From the NCBI GenBank assembly GCA_002633005.1, contig NMRA01000454.1:141123-200136 (forward strand): a stretch of DNA of 59,014 nt, given 5' to 3'. The stretch is from Phoronis australis (lineage: Eukaryota; Animalia; Phoronida). Positions 1 to 11,524 of the stretch are shown here, piece after piece (position 1 is the first letter of the stretch; every line of letters begins with the position of its first letter). The notes under the pieces were generated by a model. The model searched no databases, was not told the DNA's origin, and worked only from the letters and a program-made list of their open reading frames with translations. Made by a program: the position numbers and the translations under genes.

Positions 1-167
1 TTCATTAGTCATTCTTTGCAGTATTTCACACCCGCCGTGTCTCACTGTGTGTGTCATCAGCTTATACACTGTGGTGGCATTTTATCTTCACTTGAGAATG
101 AAACAAGTATGTTTCGAAATATCGTGTGTCTCTTAATTATGTCGCTAGGTCAGTTGCTGTATCTATG

Positions 168-248
168 TTCAGTTGAGAGTAGGGTTTTGTTCCAAAAGCA
201 CGAACGTAACCGAATAAAGACTGTGAACAATGAAAAGTGTCCTGCGTA
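168..248. repeat. Short dispersed repeat with a second copy at ~35158-35238
   Basis: TTCAGTTGAGAGTAGGGTTTTGTTCC...GAACGTAACCGAATAAAGACTGTGAACAATGAAAAGTGTC aligns with TTCAGTTGAGAGTAGAGTTTTGCTCC...GAACGTAACGGAATGAAGACTGTTAACAATGAAAAGTGTC at ~35158. Confidence 0.75.
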
Positions 249-256
249 ACAAATTC

Positions 257-646
257 TGTAGATGTGTACATCTATGTGTACATGTAGATATGTACATGTA
301 GATGTCAACATGTAGATGTGTACGTGTAGATGTGTACGTGTAGATGTGTACGTGTAGATGTGTACGTGTAGATGTGTACGTGTAGACGTGTACGTGTAAA
401 TGTAGACGTGTACATGTAGATGTGTTCACGTAGACGTGTACACGTAGAGGTCAACATGTAGATGTGTACATGTAGATGTAAACAAGTAGATGTGTACATG
501 TATGTGTACCTGCAGATGTGTTCATGTAGATGTGAACGTGTAGATGTGTACATGTAGATGTGTACGTGTAAATGTAGACGTGTACATGTAGATGTGTTCA
601 TGTATGTGTACATGTAGATGTGTACTTATATGTGTACATATAGATG
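257..646. repeat. 14-bp minisatellite (TGTAGATGTGTAC[A/G])n
   Basis: Directly visible tandem array with variant units; it explains the repetitive ORFs 169..429 and 305..613. Confidence 0.95.
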
Positions 647-1058
647 AATTTATTGCCCGGAAATTTAAAAATCGTTTAAACTAGAAATCTTGTGCTCATT
701 TTCCTGGCTAGCTATGTTGGCTGTACGAGATCAAAATCACTGAGTGAATCGATACAATTTGGTGGCCATAGCAACAAATACTTGCCTTTGCACTGGTAAG
801 TGATTGACGAGGTGTTCATCAATTTCTGAAAATAGACTCGCCCACAGGTACGTCATGTACGTACTTACGGAAAACTTTCCAAGTACTCCTGCTGCGTATT
901 TTCGGTAATTGTCTACATGTTTGGAAGTCCGATAGGCTGCAATAAAATAAGCATGCAAGGTGTTTTGATATTCATTTAGCTTGGCTGGAAATTATGTTTT
1001 GGCAATTGCGCTTTCACCCATTTATAAAGATATTGGGTGACGTAACTGTTAACACCTT

Positions 1059-1122
1059 ATGAAGGGCATCGAGTTTGCTGAATACGACATAGGGAACAGC
1101 CCTACTAGTGCGATACAAACAG
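1059..1122 (+). CDS. Candidate first coding exon of the WxxW gene (MKGIEFAEYDIGNSPTSAIQT, phase-1 donor)
   Basis: ATG at 1059, CAG|GTAAAT donor at 1123; phase 1 matches the exon at 2000; TATAAA at ~1023. It has no signal-peptide character, so it is uncertain. Confidence 0.3.
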
Positions 1123-1999
1123 GTAAATTGAAAAAGAATGTGTTCATTTAATAAAATTGCTTCGATCACGCCGTGGTCATGGACGTCTTGAAGTATCTTT
1201 TACATTAACGTTGATATTCATGTCAACACAACACATCAGTTGTTTATCAGCATAAACCAACAGTCCTTTTAATTATTACGTTTACAGAACGGCTATTCAC
1301 TTTTAAGTACGTTGAAAACAGTCATGGGTGAATATTTATTTATGATTATTTGCTTTAAATTGGCATCACAAATGTTTTGACACCTTTTCCAAAAATATGA
1401 CCGTCTTTTCCAAAAATTTGCCTAGGCGTAAAATATACTCTGCCCCATTTTAGGTTTTTTGAAAGGTCGTTATCGGAATGTTAGCCCACAGGCCTATGTT
1501 CAGAAAATCCCGCTAGGATTGAATTCACAGTTATCGTTCCACAATAGTGAAGATTTTTTTCTGCAAGTTGCATATGTAAGTGTTTTATTATACGGAACCC
1601 AGTTATGACGCTCGCTTCGTAGTTTCTTGAAATTTGGCGATATTCCCACAAAATCAGGGTAGTGTTCCGCCCTTAGCCTAAACATTTGCGAGAATGTGTA
1701 ACGTGATAAATAGCTGGACCATAAAATATACGTTAGTTAGAGAGGTCTGTAACTCAACCCAACTTTGTGCATGATCTCATGTTAGTCAATAAAGAAGTTT
1801 GCTGTACGGAACGCAACGCTGAGAGTCTATTTTGCCAGTAATTCCCCGACCTTGACCATGCTATTGCCTATTCATGCAGGGATCTAGGCTTTCCAGTTCT
1901 GCATATATGTACACGCATGCCAGGAGTCAACACCAGCATAACGTCAACCTGCTAAATGCTGCCTGGCCCTAAGTTCTATATTTGTTAATATTCACACAG

Positions 2000-2085
2000 G
2001 TGAGTGCATGCACTGTGAGGAGCTGTGGCGAGACAGGGACAACCCTTCCGGCACAGGCGACTGGGAAACTCGGTCTTATAAGCCG
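2000..2085 (+). CDS. WxxW-domain gene exon A (N-half of domain 1: ECMHCEELWRDRDNPSGTGDWETRSYKP)
   Basis: W-x-DRDNPSGTGDWE is the Mucin2_WxxW (PF13330)/CILP signature; CACAG acceptor before 2000, GTAAGT donor at 2086. Confidence 0.85.
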
Positions 2086-2561
2086 GTAAGTCATTAGGAC
2101 GCTACCTCATTTTACAGATTGAGCGAGGTGGTTAAGCAGGCTGAGCTCTCCGTCGGCGTCACAAAAATAACCTGCATGTGGATATTGGTGCGCGTGCTTT
2201 AGTTGGACGTGAAACGTCTTTTGTTTGACGCCCTGTAAATCTGGCTGTGTCAGAAGACAAGCTTATGCAGCATGCCTCTATTTAGACTATCTATTGTACC
2301 AACCGCAAACCACAAAGAGATTTAACAGTTCAACATGTTCATTTATGACAAAATTTAATGTTATTAATTTCAGTTACGAAATCGAGCGCCCTCTTGCTAA
2401 CTCGACCAAGTCTCGCTAAATCTTGGCGCGTTATATCAATAATTAGATTTAAGCGTAAGACATGGTAGCCAACATTAGAGTAACATACAGGACCTACAAC
2501 TCCTTCAACAAACCTTGTCAAACACAACTAACCCTGCCTTTGTTTCTTTGTAACACTTCAG

Positions 2562-2787
2562 GACCAGGTTTGCATGGGTACTACTCCTGTCAACGCCAAG
2601 TGTACAGTGAAACCTGTGTGGTCTGGAATTGGAAATCCGCCTAGGGTATTTGACCAATGGAATGCTAACACAGCACCTGATAAGCTCTCTTATCCTTGCT
2701 CAGCTCGTGATGGACTGGTTTGTCAACAAAAGGACAACAAAGGCCGTTGCAATGACTACAGCATCAAGTATTGCTGCTTTAGTGGTA
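2562..2787 (+). CDS. WxxW-domain gene exon B (C-half of domain 1: DQVCMGTTPVNAKC...CSARDGLVCQQKDNKGRCNDYSIKYCC)
   Basis: TTCAG acceptor, phase 0 in frame with exon A; C..GLVC...C.DY.I.YCC motif; GTAAGT donor at 2788 (phase 1). Confidence 0.88.
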
Positions 2788-3464
2788 GTAAGTACACATA
2801 CTAGCTCTTATTGAAGTTCATTAAACGTTAGGTAGATGTAAACAAACAAAATCATACAAGACCAGTGAGAATCAAGCGAGGAAAAGATGAATGTTTCAGA
2901 CGCACATGTATATGCTGGGATCAAAGCGTACTGACTGTTTTCGTTCGGTAATCGGAGATTTCTCGCGGAAAGTACGTGTGCTTTGCAGGTGTTTTTCGTT
3001 TTCGGAATACACCCCGAGGTGAAGATCAAACGATGTTGGATTCGTCACTTATCATAAATCATTTTCAATATGCAGAGCAGCAATGTATAAATTCGGTTTT
3101 GCAAGATAATTTGTGCCAAAACTTTACAATACAGGTACCACAGTACTGAAAACGAAGCCAATACCTAAATGAACATGGATATTGACGAACATAATATGTA
3201 AAGTGACCAAACACTCAGAATTCTAAATACTTCTTGAGAATAAATATATGTACATTTACATCGTAAACCGGCGTGTAAATATAGATCACAGACATTTTCA
3301 GCCGATTTTATAAAGGTAATAAAACCAGGGTTAAGACTTAAACCTCAGTGGCCTTCCTAAATGTGGTCTAATTTTAGACCTAACTTGCATTTCACCAACG
3401 ATGTTAAAAAGTCTGAAAGCCTGGTTTTGCTACACCAGGAGCGGGTAGAGTAAAATCAGGTTGA

Positions 3465-3519
3465 AAGTATCCAAGGCACCCTTCTGTGTAGAATAAGTAT
3501 CCAAGGCACCCTTCTGTGT
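3465..3519. repeat. Short direct duplication AAGTATCCAAGGCACCCTTCTGTGT x2
   Basis: Directly visible. Confidence 0.85.
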
Positions 3520-3913
3520 CGATCTGGATTAGCCCAACAAAGACACTATTGAATTACTTCAATGAAACCTTGGTAGCGTGGGTATTCAATGGCACACAAT
3601 AGTAGAATCAGTGTAGACATTTGCGAAAAAGGTCTAAAAGCTTGTATCATGAGGAAAAATTTGGTCTGTGTCCAACACACGTCACACACATTAAAGTACA
3701 TGATCACGATTAGCCGCAACATGATCAATGTTCAAATTTATTTCAGTCATTTTAGTGTTTAAGTTTCGTGCCCTATGGGGGGAAAGACCCTTCCCTGCAA
3801 CATTAAATCGGGGAGGTGAGAGAATAAGAAGATTATGTCTTCAGTCAAACCCTTAGCGATCACGACGACAACGAGGAATCCGAAGGAAACCCTGCAACAC
3901 GTACCGGTCTACG

Positions 3914-4068
3914 CATAGGCGGATCCGCAAGAGAGTCACAGGGTTCGGACCCCCCTTTTCCCATGATTTTAGTGATATCAAATCTATAATTTTCAAACTG
4001 TTGACTTGTTCCCCCCTTTTAAAAAATCCCTGTCCGACCCCCCGTTAAAAATCCTGGATCCACCCCTG
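3914..4068. mobile_element. Small MITE with CA..GG[C/T]GGATCC termini (hAT-like)
   Basis: Left end CATAGGCGGATCC; right end reverse complement CAGGGGTGGATCC; no target-site duplication seen. Confidence 0.5.
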
Positions 4069-4199
4069 CAACGTTTTATCTTGTGTCTTTGTAAAATTGG
4101 ATATTGAAAATAGTCCATTCTTGCTCTAAAACTGCGTCGCAAATGCACATCGTGGCAACGTTGAGTTGCACCTATATCATGCAAGTCTGACATAGTTAA

Positions 4200-5242
4200 A
4201 GGCTAATGCCACCCGATTTAATTAGTCTTTTTTACCGTCTTAATTGGTCTGGGGCCACATCGGCTCGTANNNNNNNNNNNNNNNNNNNNNNNNNNNNNNN
4301 NNNNNNNNNNNNNNNNNNNNNNNNNNNNNNNNNNNNNNNNNNNNNNNNNNNNNNNNNNNNNNNNNNNNNNNNNNNNNNNNNNNNNNNNNNNNNNNNNNNN
4401 NNNNNNNNNNNNNNNNNNNNNNNNNNNNNNNNNNNNNNNNNNNNNNNNNNNNNNNNNNNNNNNNNNNNNNNNNNNNNNNNNNNNNNNNNNNNNNNNNNNN
4501 NNNNNNNNNNNNNNNNNNNNNNNNNNNNNNNNNNNNNNNNNNNNNNNNNNNNNNNNNNNNNNNNNNNNNNNNNNNNNNNNNNNNNNNNNNNNNNNNNNNN
4601 NNNNNNNNNNNNNNNNNNNNNNNNNNNNNNNNNNNNNNNNNNNNNNNNNNNNNNNNNNNNNNNNNNNNNNNNNNNNNNNNNNNNNNNNNNNNNNNNNNNN
4701 NNNNNNNNNNNNNNNNNNNNNNNNNNNNNNNNNNNNNNNNNNNNNNNNNNNNNNNNNNNNNNNNNNNNNNNNNNNNNNNNNNNNNNNNNNNNNNNNNNNN
4801 NNNNNNNNNNNNNNNNNNNNNNNNNNNNNNNNNNNNNNNNNNNNATTTATCTCCGAACAGAACACGAACTCCTGATACGGACCTTGGTAAATTGGACTGC
4901 CGAAATTTGTTGGCTACGGTGTGTCCAAATACCAATAAATCCGTAACAGTGAAATAAGACAACACGTTTTTATAAGAACTCGGTGTATTTTTAAGGGTTT
5001 TACATCGAAGTTTGATCATTTATTGGTGTTAAACGATGAATTCAAGCGATAAGCTGACACCAGTTACCCGTGTTGTGAACTGCTGAACAGACTGCATGTG
5101 AAACCGATGACGTCAGTGGAAAATTTCATCACCTCCGTCTTTCGTCAGGTGTCAGGTAACGCAACCGTACGTGCCGCTATCGAGGAGAACTATTCGATCT
5201 AAATTGATACAAATTAGGTTGTTTTTTGGGTGGCATGCTCCT
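4200..5242. mobile_element. Kolobok-like non-autonomous DNA transposon, family A copy 1 (interior in assembly gap)
   Basis: TTAA|AGGCTAATGCCACCC...GGGTGGCATGCTCCT|TTAA; AG...CT termini with a TTAA duplication fit Kolobok rather than piggyBac; both ends match the copies at 8731-14389 and 50817-53982. Confidence 0.85.
4270..4844. other. Assembly gap (575 N)
   Basis: Run of N; further single-N joins at 22667, 30122 and 33966. Confidence 1.
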
Positions 5243-5555
5243 TTAACAGTATTAAACCTGGGTCTGACCAAGTCTAAAGTAAAACCTGGTTTAAGATCTC
5301 AATACAGATCTAAGGAATATACACCTCGTTGGTGAAATGAAAACTGACTTAGACCAGGTCTAAACTGGAGTTAAACCAGGTTTTACTAGACCAATGGTCT
5401 AAAAGTTAAACCACCTTTATGTAATGCAGAGTATCTTTAAACCTTGTCCAAGTCCAGTTTAGACAGGTTTAAATTTAAAACACCCTTATGAAATCGGCTG
5501 TTTAAACCTGTTTTGCACGCCAGCTATTGGCCACGTTACGATAGGAGGCACTGAA

Positions 5556-7064
5556 CAGTTCTCATAGGGATTTGCCTATCAGAACACACGTCAATGGACT
5601 CTTCACTCTTTCTTCACTCTGTCAAAAACTGCATGCAAATAAACAAAAATTTTGAGTCATTTCACATCACAAGCCCTACAGATGAGCACAGAAACTTTGT
5701 ACTCTCTTGTATTTTTGACGCTTTCACTCCCAGTGGAAACCAAGCTGAACTAAGAAAAATAAGGGCAAAAAGTGCAAAATCGGCACCTTTCACCCTAAAA
5801 TCACCACTTCCCTGCCGATGCTGGACTAAAGCCAACATTAGATTGCGAAAGCAAATTTCATACCGATTCCAAAAATGTGGTACACAAGTACTGTCAACCA
5901 ACTAGTTTTTTTGCAAATCTGGCTTGTTTGAGGGCTACCTGAAATCGCGGCCAATTTCTCAGTTGCTACACAGCAATGCACAATTGGAACAGGGGGCCAA
6001 CATCTTGAAGAAGAGTGCAGCTACAGCCGAGAAAGTGGCCTTTTTTCATTCTCAGCATGGTCACAAATACAAAAAAACCACATTCACTGAGTCTACATGC
6101 AATGCGCACCTACAAAATGCCACCACACTTGGCCTACCCCAAAATTTTAATACTGGCCGTGGCCGCAGCCTAACTATTCAGTGCCACCATATCAGAAATG
6201 CACACGCAATTAAATAATGGATTTTGGTCACGTGACAATGTTTAGTCTCAAAACCAATAAGTATTTTCATTTAGATCGCCCATCTTCAAGAAACTGAAGT
6301 AAACAAATTCCACTGAACTTGCAATTGAAAAAAAATCTTTCTGAAAACTGCAGACAATTTTAATTGTGGCTCACTAATCTTGTTAAAAAACCCTGAACGT
6401 TAACTCAATTAGCCTAACGCAGGATCTGTTTTGAATTTGCCAGAATTTTCCATAAGTATAATGAGTATCGTAGCCACGTTGTGGCCACCATTGCACAGTC
6501 AGCTTCTTGCAAGTCTATGATACGTTCAAGTTTTTAATTGCACTGACTTCCTGATTTGAAAAGTCACACAAGTTGACGGGCCTGATAGGTGTCGTTACTT
6601 CACTGTATATCACCCACCATGCCACATGGGAGCGCTGCAAAACAACGTATTGCAACATTGCATTAAGTATTAGTCCACAGATCCACCGACAACACTACAA
6701 CCAGCAAGGGTCAAGGACATTTAGAACCATAATTAGTCTAATGAATCACATTAGGGATGAGAGAAATTGTATAACACCATAGAGCTTGATGGTTTAGGAG
6801 ATACAAGGGAAGTCTTCTGGGGGGCAAAATGAGGCAATTTCTTGGTGAGGAATGAGTCATTTTTGACTACATTTTCTACTTCAGTTTCTGCTTCTAATAG
6901 AATCATTTCTGAATAATTTTGGTATACCATGATAGGTTCATGACCAATGTTAAAACATTAAAATATCGGTTAACTTGGCAACACTGGAACTGTGTGGACG
7001 TACGTTTCATGCTTGTGAAAACCAACAGTACGCTCAGAGCGAAGCTGCCCCAACGAGAAAACTG
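5556..7064. mobile_element. Possible non-autonomous TIR element, unclassified
   Basis: Left end CAGTTCTCATAGGG versus right end reverse complement CAGTTTTCTCGTTGGG; GAA on both flanks; no coding signal. Confidence 0.35.
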
Positions 7065-7649
7065 GAAGACTCCATGCCCTTGAAATTAATAAAAAAGCCT
7101 TTTCAGCTCCTCAGGCAGTCTTGGTAATAGGTGTCTGAATTTCACTATTTTCAGGCCGCAAATTTGTGTATTTGTCGTGTTAAGCCAGTCACTAGTTGTG
7201 CAACGTTTCTACGAATTAAAATGCTGTAGTATAATACAACAATTAGAATAGCTATTTTGCTTAAATATTTTTAATTAATTTTAAGGACAAAAAGAGTTCC
7301 CACTAAAATGGGAAAGTATACTAGATTTATTCACCCAACTCATTGAATACATGTACCAAACTAAAGCATACAACATGCGTTAGTTAAATGATGCCTGATC
7401 TAAAGTGTAGGTTTGCGAATTAATCTATTTATCTGGCAGTGATTGTATAGTCATTTTGGACAAAGGTGTTAATTTTGAACGAGATTCTACTAAAATTAGA
7501 AAATTTTACAATGATCCTACCTTCAGTCCTGAATATAGTTTACAGGCGTATCCGTATAATATTCAGCGTAAGAATGTTATTGATGACAGTATCAACATCC
7601 TATCATAACTACATGCATAGTGTCATGTACATATATTGTCTCTTACGCA

Positions 7650-8730
7650 TACCAACCATCAAAGTTGTTACGACCTTGAATCCTCTCACTTAGTCTACTC
7701 ATATACTTAAGAACTCACTCAAAATTTTCAATGATTTGAAATCTATTGGTACTGCGCCATTCATGGTATCTTTTGATGTTAGGTTTTTCACTAATGTTCC
7801 TGTCGATGAAATTATTAGTTACTGCTCAGACTGCTTGTTTTATAATACACATTTGGCTCACATCTTCACAAGGGTTCAGATGAAAAAACTACTGACCACT
7901 GTTGTTAAGGAAAACCGTTTCTTATGACGAGAATTATGACTAGCAGGATGGATTTGCCATGGGCAACCCATTTCAACCACTTTTAGCTAACTTTTGAATT
8001 TCTCATGTGGAAGACATGACATTTAACAGGTGTCCTATTCAGTAACCAGGTCTATGTTGACGATATTCACGTGATTTTCAATAATAGGGTTGACGCAAGT
8101 CCATTCTTGTATTGGGTGATTTCTTGTGCAATAACACCCAGATTACTGTAGAAACGGAGTGCAGTACCCTAATACTCTGCAATTCTTGGATGTTTCGTTT
8201 AGTCGCACTGACATGGGTGTAGCTAATCGTGTACATCGTAAACCTACAGTCTCAGGACTATACATCTAGTTCAGATGGTACAGCTTCGTTCCTAAAAAAA
8301 CAAAAATGTAGGCGAGTTACTCGTCGTTACACAGTGCTTGATACATTTGTAGCAGCTACCTATCATTTGATGAGGAACTTGAATTCCTCAGATCACTGTT
8401 ATTGCATAATGTTTATCCATGCACTTTCCTTGACATATGTGTTAGCAAATTTGTGTTAAAACAATAACTACAGTCACAGTCTGTTGAGTACAACAACAAC
8501 CACAGCCACAGTCTGTTGAGTACAACAACAACTAAAGCCACAGTCTGTTGAGTAAAACAACTACAGCCACAGTCTGTTAAGTACGGGGCTGAAAAAGAAA
8601 AGGTATTTATTGAGTTGCCGTTTGCTGGTAATTCTTCGTTACTAGTGATCGTCAGTTGGGAGCTGTAGCATTATCTGCTAATATTCATGTTGTTTTCCTG
8701 TAAAAGACTCCTGTTGCTGTCTAGACTTAA
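7650..8730 (+). mobile_element. Penelope-like retroelement, decayed RT part (continues at 14394)
   Basis: MVSFDV..FTNVPVDE (ORF 7736..7927), QDGFAMGNP (~7944), VYVDD (~8050), LQFLDV (~8177), VHRKPTVSGLY (~8231); many stops and frameshifts. Confidence 0.85.
8466..8584. repeat. ~30-33-bp tandem repeat (ACAGCCACAGTCTGTTGAGTACAACAACAAC) x4 inside the Penelope-like element
   Basis: Directly visible. Confidence 0.9.
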
Positions 8731-9008
8731 AGGACAATGCCACCCGATTTAATTAGTCTTTTTACCGTCTTAATCGGTCTGTGGCCGCTTCGGCTCGTAC
8801 ACGGTCGAGGCCGTAAAACATCTCCGTGTCTTTGGCGGCACAACTCACAATTCATAGCTCTGAACGTACTCCTTTTTAGTAAAAGGTCCACATTCTTAAA
8901 AATTCGAGCCCATCCCTATATTTTAGGCTGGGTGCGAGCATGTTATTTAGCCAGTTTGATGAGTTACTCGTTTGTCAGGCTTCTGTTTGGTCCTCTGGGT
9001 GTAGGATC

Positions 9009-9165
9009 TGTTAACGTTGATGATCCCAGATTCGATTCGAGTCAGTTCTTCAAAGACAAACAACAGCCATTTTTGAGGAAGTCACTTGATATCTATTTTT
9101 CAGACAATAGAGAGCGTACATCAAACAACACGCCATCTAGCGGTCGCAATACATAATCTATTACA
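9009..9165 (-). repeat. 3' LTR of the Gypsy element
   Basis: Direct repeat of 12728-12883 with a handful of differences; adjacent PPT GAGGGGAAGGG at 9166-9176 (minus strand). Confidence 0.95.
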
Positions 9166-9213
9166 CCCTTCCCCTCAAGCTTGGAAAACTTAACCACAGG
9201 AACAACAAACAGT

Positions 9214-11521
9214 TTACAAGTTCAACCTGTCCGGGGGCTTAACATTTCTGAGCGAACGTCTAGGAGCCGGTACTGGCGGAGCTTCCGGAACAGCCACAGA
9301 TGCTGAGGGTGATTCCACGACAACCCTGTTAGATTCGGGAACAATGGGTGAACTCAACATATCATCAGGGCTTGTCGTTGAATCAGGCTCATTAACATTA
9401 GGCACGTTGTCAATGACTATGAGAAAATATGTACCGAGAAATGGTCCAGCAAAATCAATATGAAGCCTTCCCCAAGGTGCGGTAGGGAACTGCCACATAC
9501 TCAATGGTGCCTCAGCAGGTTTCTTACTCAACATTTGACAAGTTTTACATTTCTTAACAACATCACTCAATGCTGAATCTAAACCAGGCCACCAAAGATA
9601 GTTTCTACTCAAAGATTTCATAGCACAAATACCAGGATGTGCATCATGTAACTCATCTAAAATCTTAACACGACCTTGCGGGGGAATAATCACACGTAAT
9701 CCCTAAATAAACATGTAGTTATTTCAAAGATCGTCTTTATTAGAATGAAGAGGATCTGTAAATAAACAAAAGCAGGACTTAGCCTAACGATATGATAAAG
9801 TTCTACTATGTGAAATACGACTTACAATAGTCTTATTTACCAATAAAAGAGTTCGACAGCACAATCGTGGGTTGAAGCGAGTAGCGGAAGGAAGTCCTAT
9901 AGCGACACCTATCGTTCACCGAACAAAGTATTCTCTAATCCCACAAAACTAAGTTGTCTTCTACACTTAGTTCAAGCTTCCTCCAAGTAACTCAGGTGGT
10001 AACTTATCCCAACTACCTGACATAATACATGACTTAACAGTAGATAACACAGGGACACGACTTGTCCAAAGTCTCAATTGCGATGCAGATACAGGAGATT
10101 CACTCTTTTGCAACGTTTGCATCACCAAAACCAGATCACCAGGGGTAGGAGTATTTACCTCCTGAAACGGCAATGGCAATCTACTGAGAGCATCTGCAAC
10201 ACAATTGGTTGATCCCTTACGATAACGAATACAGTAATTATAACCAGACAACGTCAAGGCCCAACGCTGCATTCTGGCTGACGCCATAGGAGGTATAGAT
10301 TTTGTCTCATGTAAAAGGGTTAAAAGGGGTTTGTGATCTGTTTCTAGTGTGAATTTACGGCCCCAAACATACTGAGGCATTTTCTTAACAGCGAAAACAC
10401 AAGCTAGACCCTCCTTGTCAACCATCCCATAGTTTCGTTCGGCCTTGTTCAAAGATCTAGAAGCAAATGCAATAGGCGATTCAGTTCCATCAGGGTTTAT
10501 GTGAGACAAAGTGCAACGCATCACACGACAGTAGTAATGGCTTATCAGGGTCATAATGAACTAACAATGGAGATGAACACAACAGTTCCTTCGCACCATC
10601 AAATGCCCTCTGACACTCTACCGACCAAAACCAAGTTTGATTACGCCTCAACAACCGACGAAGAGGTTCAAGTGATGTGCTCAAATCACGCAAAAAAGAT
10701 TCATAATGGTTAATTAGCATACCCAAAAAGGCTTCGAGTTCAGAAACATTTGACGGTACGGGAGCATTCAAGATAGCTTTAACACAATCCTGAGTAGGGC
10801 GAAGTCCTTCAGAGGTGACGAGACGACCCAAATACACAACCTCTGACTGCATCAGTGAACACTTGTCTTTAAGGAGCCGAAGACCGGATTCTTAGAAACG
10901 ACGCTGTACTTCACGCAGATTGTCTAAGTGTTCCTTATCTTCAACGCCAGTAACAAGCACGTCATCAAGGTACACAACTACGTGCGGGATACCTTTCAAC
11001 AATGTTTCCATATGGCGTTGAAACAGACCGGAAATTTACTTAGTACCAAACGGACACCTGTTGTAGACAAACAATCCGCGGTGTATCTTAATAGTGGTAT
11101 ACATTTTGGACTGCTCGTCCAACTAGAGTTGGTTGTAAGCGTTCGACATGTCCGACTTCGTGAACTTCTGTCCACCGGCTAATGACGCAAACAAATTATC
11201 CATACGCGGAATCGGATAGCGGTCTAACTGAGATACTTTGTTCACAGTTAATTTGTAGTCACCACAGATACGCAATGACTGACCCTCAGCCTTGATAACT
11301 GGTACAATGGGCGCAGCCCAATCACTGAACTCAACTGGTTTAATGATGTCAAGCCTCCGCAAACGATCCAACTCCTCTTCTATTCTATTGCACATAGCAT
11401 GAGGCACAGAGCGAGCTTTGTAGAACAGTGGTGTGACGTCAGGGTCCACATGAATTTTGGCCTTAACATCGCGCAAGGTACCTAAACCCGGTTCAAACAA
11501 AGTTGGAAATTCATCCAACAC
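9214..11521 (-). pseudogene. pol: Gypsy pol (RT, RNase H, internally deleted integrase), fragmented
   Basis: WAAPIVPV, LRICGDYK, VVVYLDDVL (~10960-10985), PIAFASRSL, TDHKPL, LHDAHPG...CKTC, RLHIDFAGPF, then an abrupt jump to the C-terminal RRSLRNVKPPDRLNL; several stops and frameshifts. Confidence 0.92.
9714..9965. mobile_element. Solo LTR-like insertion of a different family inside Gypsy pol
   Basis: 252 bp with TGTAG...CTACA inverted termini and AATAAA; interrupts pol between RNase H and integrase; no target-site duplication. Confidence 0.65.
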
Positions 11522-11524
11522 ATT

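Larger units (their letters stand above)
3299..5500. mobile_element. Non-autonomous TIR element (MITE-like) hosting later insertions
   Basis: Left end CAGCCGATTTTATAAAGGT versus reverse complement of right end CAGCCGATTTCATAAGGGT; TTT on both flanks; inverted CATTTCACCAACGA / TCGTTGGTGAAATG subterminally. Confidence 0.65.

Noticed and set aside
169-613. His/Thr/Tyr-rich ORFs 169..429 and 305..613
   Set aside because: They are translations of the 14-bp minisatellite
737-958. ORF faintly resembling a P-element/THAP9 transposase C-terminus
   Set aside because: Too few conserved residues and no supporting flanking motifs
4206-5019. Long ORFs of 215-259 aa
   Set aside because: They consist almost entirely of the N gap
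8466-8584. CRISPR-like appearance of short repeats (also 16673-16731 and 35998-36142)
   Set aside because: Head-to-tail repeats without unique spacers, no cas genes, eukaryotic context
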